Below, in pieces: positions 18,490 to 30,779 of a DNA stretch of 32,000 nt. Position 1 is the stretch's first letter. Every line of letters begins with the position of its first letter. The notes beneath the pieces are model-generated. The model was not told the origin of the DNA. It saw only the letters and a program-made list of their open reading frames with translations, and ran no database searches. The position numbers were made by a program, and so were the translations under genes. Origin of the DNA: Candidatus Saccharimonadota bacterium (GTDB taxonomy: Bacteria > Patescibacteriota > Gracilibacteria > Absconditabacterales > Absconditicoccaceae); assembly GCA_000503875.1 (NCBI GenBank), contig CP006913.1:360001-392000 (forward strand), read 5' to 3'.

Positions 18490-21318
18490 ATGAATCTCCA
18501 CGAATTTGAACTTCGTTATCGTGCATATAAATGATTAAATCATAAATTCAATCTTTGACGAGATCAAGAGACTGTTTTGGAGATGACAAAAATTTCTAAC
18601 CAATGAGTAGTAACAAGAGCACTACCAGAAATTAGCCCAACAGAACTCAAAGAAATAACTATCCAAACATATACTAATTTCAAAAAAGAGTATATAGCAG
18701 AACATAAAGAAATCAAAATCTGATCAGGAACAGTATGAGAATATATTGATCGTTTAGAATATGAACTCAAAGTAATTAAAGAAATGTGATTTAATTCATA
18801 TTTTCTTATTGTAGCAGATTTTGTTCGTTGGGCAAAAAAGAATATGATTGTAGTTGGTCCATGAAGATGATCAGGTGCTGGTTCTCTTTTGGCCTGGGTA
18901 ATTAGAATAACAGAAGTAGATCCAATTCCTTTTGGTCTTCTTTTTGAAAGATTTCTCAATCCAGCCCGTGTTTCTATGCCCGATTTTGATATCGATTTTG
19001 AAGATACCCTTAGAGAAAAAGTAATAGAATATGTAAGGAACAAATATTGAGAAGATAAAGTTTCTTCAATAGGTACTTATATGCAAATGGCTCCCAAAGC
19101 CGCTTTCAAAGATGTAGCGAGAGTTATGGGCATTCCTTTTGAAAAATCAAATCTCATCTCATCATTGATGCCAGATAAAATGTCTATGCTCGATGCTGTC
19201 AAAGCAGAAAACACACCCGAAGAACTAAAATCAATTTATGAATCTGACGAAAAAGTTCAAAAAGCAGCAGAACTTGCATCAAATCTAGAAGGAAATATGA
19301 GACAACTTTGAGTACATGCATGTGGAGTAATTATTGCTCCAGAAAGAATAACTACATATTCGCCTATCCAATATATCAAAGAAGATATTCATGATATTGT
19401 ATGTCAATATGACGGTCCTACACTAGAATATATAGGATTACTTAAAATGGATTTTCTTTGACTAAGAAACTTATCAGTTATAAAAAACTGTATAAAAATT
19501 ATTGCAAAAAAAGCAGAAAAAGAAGGAACAATATTAGATCCTATGTTTGCATATTTTATGGAAAATATGTCCTTTTTGCCACCAATAGATGATGATGAGA
19601 CCTTTAAAAAGGTATTTCAAATAGGCGATACAACAGGAATCTTTCAGTTTGAATCTGAAGGAATGAGAATGTTTTTGATAAAACTTGAGGCAGATCGTAT
19701 AGATGATCTTGTAGCGATGAATGCCTTATATCGTCCTGGACCAATGGAATTCATTCCTAATTATATAGCCAGGAAAAAGTGAGAAGAACCAATTAGTTAT
19801 ATGCATCAAGAACTTAGAGCTGAACTTACCAAAAAATATTCACAAGAAGTAGCAGAAGCAGAAAATCAAAAGCTTATTCAGGATCTTGGACCTATTATGG
19901 ATCTTACCTATGGTATTGCAGTTTATCAAGAACAACTTATGTTCTTAGTACAAGCAATGGCATGATTTTCTCTTTGAGAAGCAGATCTTCTCAGAAGATG
20001 AGTTGGTAAAAAGAAAAAGGAAGTAATTGAACAACTCAAAAAAGAATTTGTAAAAAGATGTGAAGAATATAAAGAATACAAAAGAGAAACATCGCAATAT
20101 ATTTATGAAAAAATGATTGAACCTGCAGCTTCGTATTCGTTCAATAAATCACATTCGGTATGTTATGCAATGATTGCTTATCAAACAGCCTATCTCAAAG
20201 CTCATTTCCCAGTGGAATTTTATGCAGCATTAATTAGATCAGTAGAAGAAGATACAGATGAATTGAGTAATTATATTAATGAAACCCAAAGCCATGGAAT
20301 AACAGTACGTTCTCCAAATATCAATACGTCATTTAATCATGTAGCAGCAATAAAAAATGAAGTCAGATTATGATTTTTTTGTATAAAGTGACTCGGATTG
20401 GAAATAGGTGAAAGTATCCAAAAAGAAAGACAAACGAATGGAAAATTCTTATCACTAGAAGATGTGCTCAAAAGATGCCAACATGTTATCAATAAAAAAT
20501 CGTTGGAAGGATTGATTAAATCATGAGCATTAGATGAATTTGGTGATAGAAAAACAATGTTAGAAAATAGTGAAACATTGCTTCAACGATCAAAATCATC
20601 TCAACAAATGGGATGATGATTGTTTGGTATGACAGATATCCAAAACAAAATAACGTATAAAACAACATATGAAACTTCTTTTATGGAGAAGCTAATGATG
20701 GATCAGGAGGTATTTAAATCATTTGTTTCCTGACATCCATTAGATGGACTGTATTATTATATAAAGAAATTTTCATTTATTTCTCAGTTCAAAGGCAAAG
20801 AAAAGATAACAGGAACATTTATTATTGTTGGATATATAAGGAATATTCAAAGAGCCAAGAAAAAAGGTTTTTTTGTGGAAATAGAAGATATTTCAGGAAA
20901 AATCGAGATATTTATGAAAGATACCGTTGATTTCAAAAAATTTGATATTATTATTGTTCATATATTCAAAGGAAGATCAGTTAGTATTGAGAAAATAATT
21001 AGGACATCCAGAGATCTATTGATACAACAAGCATGATGAAAATATGATCCAGAAATAACGGTAATCAAAGCAAAGATACTCAGAATAGGAAACGACAAAG
21101 CAGAGATTAAAAACGAAAAGCTTCCACCTATTGTAGTTTCAAAGCCAGAAAATAAATCGCAAGATGGAATATTTCCTATTCCAGATAATATGGAAAAGAT
21201 ACAACAACTTTCATTGATTATCAAAACACATCCTGGACAACAGAAGCTTATTATTGGTACAAAAGAAATATTTGTAGATGAAATTGGTGCGAAACAAATT
21301 GCTGCTTTATATATCTAA
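18490..21318 (+). CDS. dnaE: DNA polymerase III alpha subunit lacking the N-terminal PHP domain
   Basis: ORF fragments 19081, 19543 and 20113 are all in frame with the ATG at 18490; 2829 nt open when TGA=Gly. ...[83 protein letters not shown]... places the catalytic PDFDIDF at about residue 165, versus about 400 in E. coli DnaE. An in-frame TAA at 18472-18474 closes the frame upstream. Confidence 0.85.
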
Positions 21319-21324
21319 GAATAT

Positions 21325-22290
21325 ATGGAAAAAGATATCAAACAATTATTAGAGTCTGCTGAAAATATAGCATTATTTTGACACAAAAATCCTGATGGAG
21401 ATTGTATAGGATCGCTATTAGGATTTGGTAAATTATTGGAAAAAATGGGAAAAAGAGTTTCTTATTTTACACCAACATTACCTAGTCGTATTTATGATTT
21501 TTTGCCAGAAATCAAAAAAATTTCATCAGTATTTGATTATAAAAATTATGACCTTCTGGTATTTTTGGATTTTTCAGAAATGACTCGTATAGATTCTTTT
21601 TACAATGGAGATACCAAATATTTTGATGAACATCAGGTAATTGTTATAGATCATCATGTATACAAAGACAACAAAAAAAATCGAAAAGTAATCACTGATG
21701 ATACGGCTATGAGTGCTTGTGAAATTATTTTTGAACATACATATAAGCGATGGCCAGATCTTTATGATGCACAAATAGCTACTTGTTTATACCTTTGATT
21801 AACTACAGATTCATGAAATTTTCGTTACGATGAAGATCATAAAAGAATTTTAACCAATGCTTTGCGTTTAGTTGAATTATGAGCAAATAAAAAGAGAATT
21901 GTTGATAATGCTTTTCGCAAAAAATCATTTGCAGGAGTGAAAATGATGCAATTAATGTTCAAAAGATTGCAAAAAAAATGAGAACTAATATATACTCGAT
22001 ATACAGATAAAGATCTTAAAAAATTAAATATTGATCGTGAAGAAGCAGATTTTTGACAAATAATTATACAAGATATTGATGAAGCAAAAGTAACAATTAT
22101 TTTTAGAAATGATGAAGAAAATAAAAAGTGTTGTATGTCACTAAGAAGTAAACACGCAGATGTACAAAAAATTGCAAAATCGTTCGGGTGATGAGGGCAT
22201 ATGCATGCAGCATGATGTACCGTAATAAGAAGCTGATCTTTTCAACAGCAAGTTGATGAAATAAGTACAAAAATAGCAAGTATGATGTAA
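21325..22290 (+). CDS. nrnA: DHH/DHHA1 phosphoesterase (NrnA-like oligoribonuclease / pAp phosphatase)
   Basis: ...IALF-G-HKNPDGDCIGS... (motif I/II), VIVIDHH (DHH), ...LTTDS-G-NFRY..., ...FG-G-G-GHMHAAG (GGGH). 966 nt open when TGA=Gly. Confidence 0.8.
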
Positions 22291-22315
22291 ATTTTTTATC
22301 TCAAAAGAGGTATAT

Positions 22316-23707
22316 ATGAAGCAACTTAACGTAGGATTTCGTTTATTGAGACCGATTATTCATGGATTGATAATTATTCTTATTTTTTCTTTAACGTATA
22401 AAATTCGTTTAGTAACAGATCTTATTCCTGGTATACAACTTCATGTACCATTGATAAATTATCGCGAAACAATGATGTATGCTCGGATAACGAGTTTTAT
22501 ATTTATCGGTTTGGGTATTATAAAAAGTCTTTATGAACTCCATAAACCTATTCAAAAATATTTTCAAACATTTACAAAAGTCTGGTTATATTGGTTGGTA
22601 ACTATTACTTTTATTGCTTATTTTGGTCAAGGATTTGTATTTTTCTTTGGTATATCGAGATTTATTATTGTAGTTAGTGCTTGATTTGTTTTTTTTGGAT
22701 TATTTTTCTTTGATCAAATACGAAATTATATAGAATCTAGAATTCACAAAAGAAGTGATCATAAAATTATTATTGTTTGAAGTGATACCTTGGAAAGTTA
22801 TAAGGCAATTGAACATATTAAAAATGGATTTTCGTTTAAAACAGAATTTATTAGAGTAAAAGATTTACCTGATGTAGAACTGGAAAAATATTTTATGGTG
22901 GTTGCTGTAGGAAGTTTTGAAAAAGAATTATTACAACATATTTTTGAGAAAACAAGATTTTCATATACCAGGTTTTATCATATTTCAGAATGATTTTTCT
23001 TGGAAGATGTAGTATATTCTCCAGAAGCAATCAATAATATCATAGCATTGGAATATAAAAATTCAACACTTGATTGATGGTCGTTAATATGGAAAAGATT
23101 ATTTGATATTGTTGGATCATTAGTACTTATTGTTGTTTCATCACCAATTATGATAGCAATCGCAATCGCTATAAAAATAAATTCTACTGGGCCAATATTT
23201 TTTTTCCAAAAAAGGGTGGGAAAAGGGAATAAACTTTTCACCTTTATTAAATTTCGTAGTATGTTTACTCACTTGAGTACATGAGGAAAATATGGATGAG
23301 CTGAAGCAGAAAAACTTTATGCACAGCTTATTGCTTCAGATGCAAATGTAAGAGGACATATCCTTCCTAAAATAAAAGACGACCCAAGAGTAACTAAGGT
23401 AGGGAAATTTTTGAGAAAAACTTCTCTTGATGAATTGCCACAACTATTTTGTGTACTATGGGGGACAATGTCTTTAGTTTGACCTAGACCACATCTTCCT
23501 AATGAAGTAGAAAAATATGAACTTTGGCAAAAAAGATTACTCTCTATAAATCCTGGTATTACTTGATATGCAATGGTTTTTGGAAGAGATTCATTAGATT
23601 TTGAAGAAGAAGCAAAATTAGATTTATATTATATTCAAAATTGGTCTATCTTTATGGATATTTATATTCTCTTCGCTACATTTGGCGTAGTTTTTAAAGG
23701 AAAATAG
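22316..23707 (+). CDS. Polyprenyl-phosphate hexose-1-phosphate transferase (bacterial sugar transferase, WbaP/WcaJ-like)
   Basis: N-terminal multi-TM region plus a C-terminal catalytic domain: ...[57 protein letters not shown]...[40 protein letters not shown] at 23705-23707. Confidence 0.8.
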
Positions 23708-23734
23708 ACGTTGAAGTTAATAGTTTATAAAAAA

Positions 23735-23862
23735 GGTGAGCGTTTAAATTTTTAGATAAGAAAATACATGAAGCCGGTTTGTTTGTGTTTTCTATCGTTA
23801 AGAAAATTCAACAGCTCACGAGGGGTTTTTGATTACTTTTTGACCTGGAAGCAAAAAGTAAT
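23735..23862 (+). other. Two consecutive hairpins in the intergenic region before ligA (terminator and/or structured RNA)
   Basis: ggtgagcgtt (23735-23744) pairs with aacagctcac (23810-23819) around a nested stem, followed by gaggggttttt. Then there is a perfect 11-bp stem attactttttg / caaaaagtaat (23832-23842 with 23852-23862) and a 9-nt loop. Confidence 0.35.
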
Positions 23863-23911
23863 ATAGAAAAATATTCTCAGCAATATATAATTATATTTAA
23901 TACTATATAAT

Positions 23912-26071
23912 ATGATACTCTCACAACAAACAAAAACAATACAATGATTTATTCAATCACATCAAAATGTGAGTTCTATTTCAGATTCTGATGAACTCCA
24001 TAAATTGTATACAGATTTGATAGATTGTCTCGTAGACCACAATCATCTCTACTATGTAGAAAGTACCTCTATTATTTCTGATAAAGAATATGATGATCTT
24101 TTCTCATATCTCAAAAAAATTGAAGAACTTCATCCAGAAATCATTTCATCAAACAGTCCAACCCAAGGATTGATAGGGCAGGTGAGTGAAGGGTTTTTAC
24201 AGGCTAAACATACGGTAAAACTTGCTTCATTAGAAAACACGTATAACGCAGAAGATCTCAATGACCGAGGTGATAGACTAAAAAAGATACTAGAAAAAGA
24301 TACAGAATGAACCGAAAACAAAGATATATATTATACTATAGAACCTAAATTTGACGGACTCAGTGTTGAACTTATTTATAAAAAGGGAAGGCTTGATCAA
24401 GCCATAACTCGTGGAGATGGACGAGTTGGAGAAGATATTACCACCAATGTGAAGACGATAAAAAATATTCCCCAGAAATTAAAACATCCTATAGATATTG
24501 CAGTCAGAGGTGAAATTATGATGCCAAAATCAGTATGGAAGGAACTCAATAAAGAAAGAGAAGAAGACGGTGAAATACCTTTTGCAAATACGAGAAATGC
24601 AACATCAGGAAGTATCAAACTTCTTGATTCCAAAGAAGTAGCAAAAAGAAAATTGGCATGTTTCGTGTATGACGTACTTCAATATAGTGATGAAACAATT
24701 AATCTAGAATCTCTTTGACTTCCTGTTTTTCTTCGAAGCAAAGAATGTTCATCTATACAAGAAGTGATAAATGCATGTTTAGATAGTACTATTAAACAAC
24801 AATTAGAATCTGAAGATTTTGATTTCGATGGCTTAGTTATCAAGGTGAAAGACCAATTACAACGTGATATTTTGGGTGCAACGGATCATCATCCACGCTG
24901 GGCAGTTGCCTATAAATTTCCTGCACAATTAGCATCTACAAAGATTATCTCAGTGGATTTTCAAGTAGGAAGAACGTGAATTATCACTCCAGTAGGAAAT
25001 CTTGAACCTATCGAATTAAGCGGTGTTACCATCAAAAGAGTCAGTTTACATAATTTTGATTTTATCCAATCCAAAGATTTGCATATCGGAGATTATGTTT
25101 GGATTCAAAGGAGTGGAGAAGTAATTCCATATATTGTCGGCGTGATCAAAGAAAGAAGAACTGAAGAAGTACAAGATATCCAGATGCCAAGCAAGTGCCC
25201 TTCATGTCTGGGCAAAGTAGTCAACCAAGATATGCACTATTACTGTACAAACCCCGTTTGCCCAGCCAAACTCAAAGAACAGATTCTCCATTTCGTGAGC
25301 AAGAACTGTATGGATATCCAGTGAATTTGAGAGAGTATCGTAGATATTTTAGTGGAGCAAAATATTGTAAAGAGTATCATAGATATTTATAGCATTCCAG
25401 AACATACCACCCAAATTTTGCTCCGCAAATTTCCAGGAATCGGAGACAAAAAAATATCAGAAATAGCGAACGAAATAGAGGAGTCTAAACACCAACCATT
25501 ACGAAGATTACTCAATGGTTTAGGTATCCCTCACGTAGGGAAAAAAATGGCGCAAGATATTGTCCAAGCCATGGTTTCTCAGCAACCGGTATGTTTAGAA
25601 GATATTCTCTATATTCTCACCGATCGTGATTTTTTGATTACCGTCTATGGAATCGGAGATAAAACCCTCGATGCCTTAGTAGATTATTTTTCAGATCAAC
25701 AAAATAGAGAAATGTTGATGCACCTTAGAGATATTGGTATGAAATTTACGGTGGATGCAGGAGGTTATGATTTATTTAAAGAAAAAAAAGAAACCTTTTC
25801 TATTACAGGGAGCTTTCCTTTTCCTAGAGAAGAAATTGTAGCAATTTTGGAAAAAGAAGGATATATATTTCACGACAATCCAACGAAATCAACGCAACTT
25901 ATGCTTATCGGTGAAAAAGCCGGTTCCAAGAAGGAGAAAGCACAAGAATTTTGACTCACTATCTACGAAGGTTGGGAAACCTTAACGCAACGTTTTCCTG
26001 TGCTTACAACACTCAAAAGTGACAGTGCTTCGCAGCAACCAAAAATTACCCAAACAAGCTTATTTGGATAA
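23912..26071 (+). CDS. ligA: NAD-dependent DNA ligase
   Basis: ...YYVESTSIISDKEYDDLF..., adenylation site EPKFDGLSVEL, GRT-G-IITPV, Zn finger CPSCLGKVV...YCTNPVCPAK, HhH region -G-I-G-ESIVD, BRCT-like C-terminus. 2160 nt open from the first in-frame ATG (23912) when TGA=Gly. The ORF track start at 23969 is a GTG and remains a possible alternative. Confidence 0.9.
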
Positions 26072-26082
26072 AGAAATATTTT

Positions 26083-26541
26083 TTATTTCAACAAAGAACG
26101 AGAAAAATTTCTTGCATTATCAAGATCTAATTGATTTGGTCTTCTCTTGTTTAATCCACCAAAAAAATATTTCAGAAAACCATAATCGATAAATCCTTTA
26201 CACATAAATTCACCTATAAGAGAAAATCATTTTTTGAGGAGCTCTTTTTTAAACGGTTCCTGCATTTTTGCATAACAAAGAGTTGCTGTAGAAAAGAGAA
26301 ATGCTTTTTTTCCCTTTTGGAGAGGAATCTTTTCCAAAAATTCAAATAAGCTTCTATGATGTTTTCCATTATATATGCCAGATCAAAAACCAATAACATC
26401 ATATTTTCAAATGTTTTTAATATCAAATTTAGAAGGATCTACAATATCAGCATCCAGTTCTTTTGCAATAACTTTGGCTACTTTCAAGGTGTTTCCATGA
26501 TGAATAGATTTACAGATAATAAGTGTTTTTTTTGCCCCCAT
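26083..26541 (-). CDS. Flavodoxin-like domain protein
   Basis: MGAKKTLIICKSIHHGNTLKVAKVIAKELDADIVD...KYDVIGF-G-SGIYNGKHH... is the pattern typical of short flavodoxin-family proteins. 459 nt in one frame when TGA=Gly. It is invisible in the ORF track because TGA splits it into short pieces. Confidence 0.6.
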
Positions 26542-26567
26542 AAGAAATTAGGTTAGGAAATAAAACA

Positions 26568-27101
26568 TTATCCTTTTAGAAATTCCCAAATTATTTTTTC
26601 CACTTCATTATATTTTTCTTCCAAGAGTTTTCTTTCTTCAGGTTTAAAACTGCTCAATACTCGATCAGCGACAAAAGCATTATCAAGAGGTCTATCTACA
26701 CCAATTCTAATTCTAGCAAAATCAGGAGTGCCAAGTCTAGCAATCAAACTTTTTAATCAATTGTGACCTGCAGGACTTCCACCAAACTTAAAAGCAATTC
26801 TTCCCGTGATAAAATCAATTTCATCATGTAAAATCAGAATATTTTTTGATTCAATTTTATAAAAATGAGCTAGGGGAGCGACAGCATCTCAACTACGATT
26901 CATAAATGTTTGTGGTTTGCAAAAAACAACTTTATCATCATTGATAGTTGTCACAAATATTTTTGCATTATATTTTTTATCAAAAGAAAAATTTCCGAGT
27001 TTCTCTGCTTCAATAAATGTATCAAGCATGAGAAATCAGATATTGTGCCTTGTTTTTTCGTATTCTTTTCATGGATTACCTAATCACACGATTAACTTCA
27101 T
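26568..27101 (-). CDS. pth: Peptidyl-tRNA hydrolase
   Basis: [27 protein letters not shown]...QTFMNRS-G-DAV...ILILHDEIDF..GRIAFKFGGSPAGHN-G-LKS... are the canonical Pth blocks. 534 nt open when TGA=Gly. Confidence 0.9.
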
Positions 27102-27126
27102 GAAAATGAGGAGTAACTAATTTAAA

Positions 27127-29514
27127 CTAATCTCTAATTTCTTGCATTTCCCAGAATTCGAGAATATCTCAAATTTCTATTTTTTTACCAGTTAGTACCT
27201 TAACTCCACATTCTTCACCTTCGTTCATTTCTTTTACTTGATCCTTATTTTTGTGAAGTGATACGATATCTCCATTACCCAAAATTTCATCACCTCTAAG
27301 TATTCTGAATTTCAATTTATTTTTGGCTTTTCCTTCGATGATCTTTCCTCAGATCGTCATATCTTTGAATTTACTATAGAATATTCCAAGTACTTGAAGT
27401 TTACCAACAACAACTTCATGTTTCTCGTATTCGATCATTCCTTGAAGAAGTTTGTCGAGATAATCAGTAAGTTCATAGATAATATCAAAGCTCTTCATTT
27501 CTATTTTGAGATTTTCAGCTTTCTTTTTGAGAATAGCATTGAGTGAAATATTAAATCAAAGCAATAACGCTCCAGATGCCTGTGCCAAAGAAATATCAGA
27601 ATCATTGAAATGTCCAACATCCGTATGGACAATCTTGATATTTACATTTTTTGGCAATTGAAGACCAGCAACAGCTTGTTTCAATGCTTCAATACTACTA
27701 CTTCCATCTGATTTCAAAATTAATCTAAGTTCTGCAGCAACTCATCAACCAGATTTCAATCCTGTTATAAATTGTTGAATAGCAGATTCTGGACTAGATT
27801 TTTTCTCGTGTTCTACAACAGCGGCAATTCTTTGTTGAGCTTCTTTTTCATTTGCAACAACTTCCACAATACGCCCTGGTTCTGGTAAATTTGTAATTCA
27901 AAGTATTTGTATGGGTTGTCCACCAATAGCTTTGAGAATATTTTTTCATTTCCAATCTTGCATTCTTCTCACTTTTCCATACGTATCATACGCTACGATA
28001 ATATCACCAACTTTCAAGGTACCTGTCATCACAATAATTGTAGAAACCACTCCTTGTTTAGGATCTTTATGAGCATCCAAAACTACTCCAGCAGCAGCTC
28101 TATCAGGATTAAATTTGAGATCAAGCATTTCTGTTTGCAACAAAATATTTTCCAAAAGCTCTGGAATTCCTTGTCATGTTTTGGAAGAAATACCAATTAC
28201 TGGTACATCTCCACCTCGATCTTCAGGGATAACTTCATATTTTGCAAGATCTTGTTTAATTTGTTCTATATTTTTTCCAGGTTTATCTATTTTGGTAATA
28301 GCGACAATAATAGGTACTCCAGCAGCTTTTGCATGTCCAATAGATTCTACTGTTTGCGGCATAACACTATCGTCTGCTGCAACTACGATAACTGCAATAT
28401 TTGTCAATTTAGCACCTCTTGCTCTCAAACTCGTAAATAATTCGTGTCCTGGTGTATCAATAAAACAGATTTTTTTACCATCATGTTCTACTACTGATGC
28501 TCCGATTCCCTGCGTAATACCTCCAGCTTCTCATTCTGCAACAATAGTTTTTCTTAGATAATCCAAAAGAGAGGTCTTTCCATGATCTACATGTCCCATA
28601 ACGGTTACGATAGGCGGTCTAGATTCCTTATGTTCAGCATCTTTATCAAGTGCCAAGATTGATTGTAAATCTCCACTCAAAAAAGATTCTAGATTTAATT
28701 GAACTTCTTTTTTCTTGACGATAATTCCCAATTCCTCTGCAATCAATGATGCAGTATCGAAATCCAACGAAGCCGTGATAGATGTCATAATTTTGTTTTC
28801 CATCAATTTTTTCATTACTTGAGGCAGTGGGATTCCCATTTTTTCTGAAAATTCTTTTACGGTGATTTTATCTTCCATCACAATTTCTATTTTCTTTACC
28901 AGATTTGCCGACGTTGTTGCTATTTTTTCTACTTTTTTTGCTGGAGTAGGCGAAGAAGCTCTTTGAGCTGGTTGTTGTGGTGCTCATCTTCTTTGTCATT
29001 GATTTTGATAAGGATGTTTACCTTGATATGGTTGTCCGCTTCCTTGTCTTTGAGGAGCTGATCAAGCTACAACAGGTTTTTTTTGTACTTCATATCTTTT
29101 TACTCCATCAAAAAATGCAAGATCAGGTTCTTTGCGAACAGCAGGTTTTTCTTCTACTTTTGGTACCTCTGGAACAATTTTTTTCTCTTTGCGAGGAGCA
29201 TTGGGATCTATTCTTCCAGAAAAAACTCAAGAAATAAAATCATCTCTTTTTTTAATTATTTTGGGTTCTTCCTTAATTACTTCTTTGGCTTTGATAGGTT
29301 TGATGATTAATGTATCATCTTCATCAATTTCTATTTCCTTAGATTTTTGTACTGTTTTTTGAGTAAATCCAAGTCATGACAAAAATCATCCTCATCCGAG
29401 TTCATCAAGTTTCAATACTTTCGCAGCATCTCCGTCAGAATCTTTTGTTTTTTTGGACGTTGAAGCAACTGCTTTTGTTTTTTTTGCTTCTTCAGAAGCA
29501 CTCTTTTTTGGCAT
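27127..29514 (-). CDS. infB: Translation initiation factor IF-2
   Basis: ORFs 27946-28155, 28174-28428 and 28531-28881 share the frame of the ATG at 29514-29512. ...[41 protein letters not shown]...IDTPGHE...AITKIDK... 2388 nt open when TGA=Gly, TAG (complement of 27127-27129). Confidence 0.95.
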
Positions 29515-29546
29515 ACACAAAAAAATATACAAAATAAATCCCGTTC

Positions 29547-29574
29547 ATAGTACAAATATCTATGCGTATTTCAA
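29547..29574 (-). promoter_or_regulatory. Sigma-70-like promoter for infB
   Basis: Minus strand: tgcTTGAAA, 16-nt spacer, TACTAT, ending 33 nt upstream of the infB ATG. Confidence 0.35.
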
Positions 29575-29598
29575 GCATTAATTCGTAATTACCGATTT

Positions 29599-29626
29599 TT
29601 GACAAACAAAAAATTCTGAGTATAAT
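29599..29626 (+). promoter_or_regulatory. Consensus sigma-70 promoter for the 29654 gene
   Basis: TTGACA (29599-29604), 16-nt spacer, TATAAT (29621-29626). Both hexamers match the consensus perfectly; 27 nt upstream of the ATG. Confidence 0.5.
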
Positions 29627-29653
29627 GTATTCATTTGTATCTCTCTTCTTGCT

Positions 29654-30715
29654 ATGAAATCACTTAAAAAGCTTATTGCTGATCACGCTAGATTACTTGA
29701 GAACTATCGTTATGCATATATTAGTAGCACAGCCTTGTTTTTATTATTGCCTGGATATAAAGGTACACCGAGAGATTTTGACATTGCATTGGATTGGCAA
29801 GGGAAAAGTAAAAAACAATTATTAATCCTTTATAAATATCTCAAAACACAGGTATGAGTAAAAAATATCCGCTTTGAAACAATAGAAAGTCAAACAACAA
29901 CAAAATATAGTGTTCAAAAAAATCAGCATATTTGTTTGAATTTTCCTGCATTTAACGAATTATTGATTCAATGAAATATTAAATTGACCTATATCTACAA
30001 AACTATGCCTGTCGAACTTTTCCCTGAACAAGAGGGAAATGGCGTAACAAATATCGATACTTGCAATCCCAAGATTATATATATCAAAATAAACAATATA
30101 AAAGTACCTGTGTTGGATATTTTGGAAGTAGCCAAAAGATATATTATCAATTTTATAGATGAGGTTACTCATAAACAATTTACCAACATCAAGCATCCTG
30201 ATTATAAACACAAAGATGCTCTTAGACTCAATACGATAATTCAAATCTTATATGTATCACAAAGAGATGCAAGCCCCCGTTGACTACTTTCGTTTATAAA
30301 TCAATATATCAAAGAACTAAAAAAGCAGCTTCCATCAGTAAATAGATCTATATTTATCCAAAAAATATTGGTTAATTACCCAAAGGTATACAAAAAACTT
30401 TCTTACATTACCAAACTTTATATAAAACTTTCTCGCCAACAACTTGATGGAACTGATGATGTGGATTTTTCTACGTTCCATGCAGAGTTAAAACAAGAAC
30501 TTACCAAAATATATGAGATTATTCATCTCTACCAAAATCATATTCTCCATAATTTATATATCAAAAAATCAAATTTTCTCAAGAGAGTACAACAAATAGA
30601 ATGTGAAAAAATACAAGAATATATACAAAAAATAAATCTGACAAATAAAATAAATGGTTTTGCTTATTTTTACGAAGTCTATTCTATCATCTATATGATC
30701 AAAAATCACGAATAA
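29654..30715 (+). CDS. Hypothetical protein with a Pol-beta-like nucleotidyltransferase-fold signature
   Basis: ORFs 29654, 29984 and 30368 are in one frame joined by two TGA codons (1062 nt). The N-terminal YAYISSTALFLLLPGYKGTPRDFDIAL fits the h-G/S-S-x(9-13)-D-h-D minimal NTase motif. The remainder is Lys/Ile-rich and helical with no motif I recognise. Confidence 0.4.
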
Positions 30716-30779
30716 AAATAGATTGACATAAAAATTTAAATATATAAACTTCAAAAGTAACACTAAAAAAATCTAAAAA

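Noticed and set aside
18490-18600. A split-intein explanation for the N-terminally truncated DnaE.
   Set aside because: The N-terminus [16 protein letters not shown]... shows no C-intein features: there is no terminal His-Asn followed by Cys, Ser or Thr. The break is also at the PHP boundary rather than at the known cyanobacterial DnaE split site.
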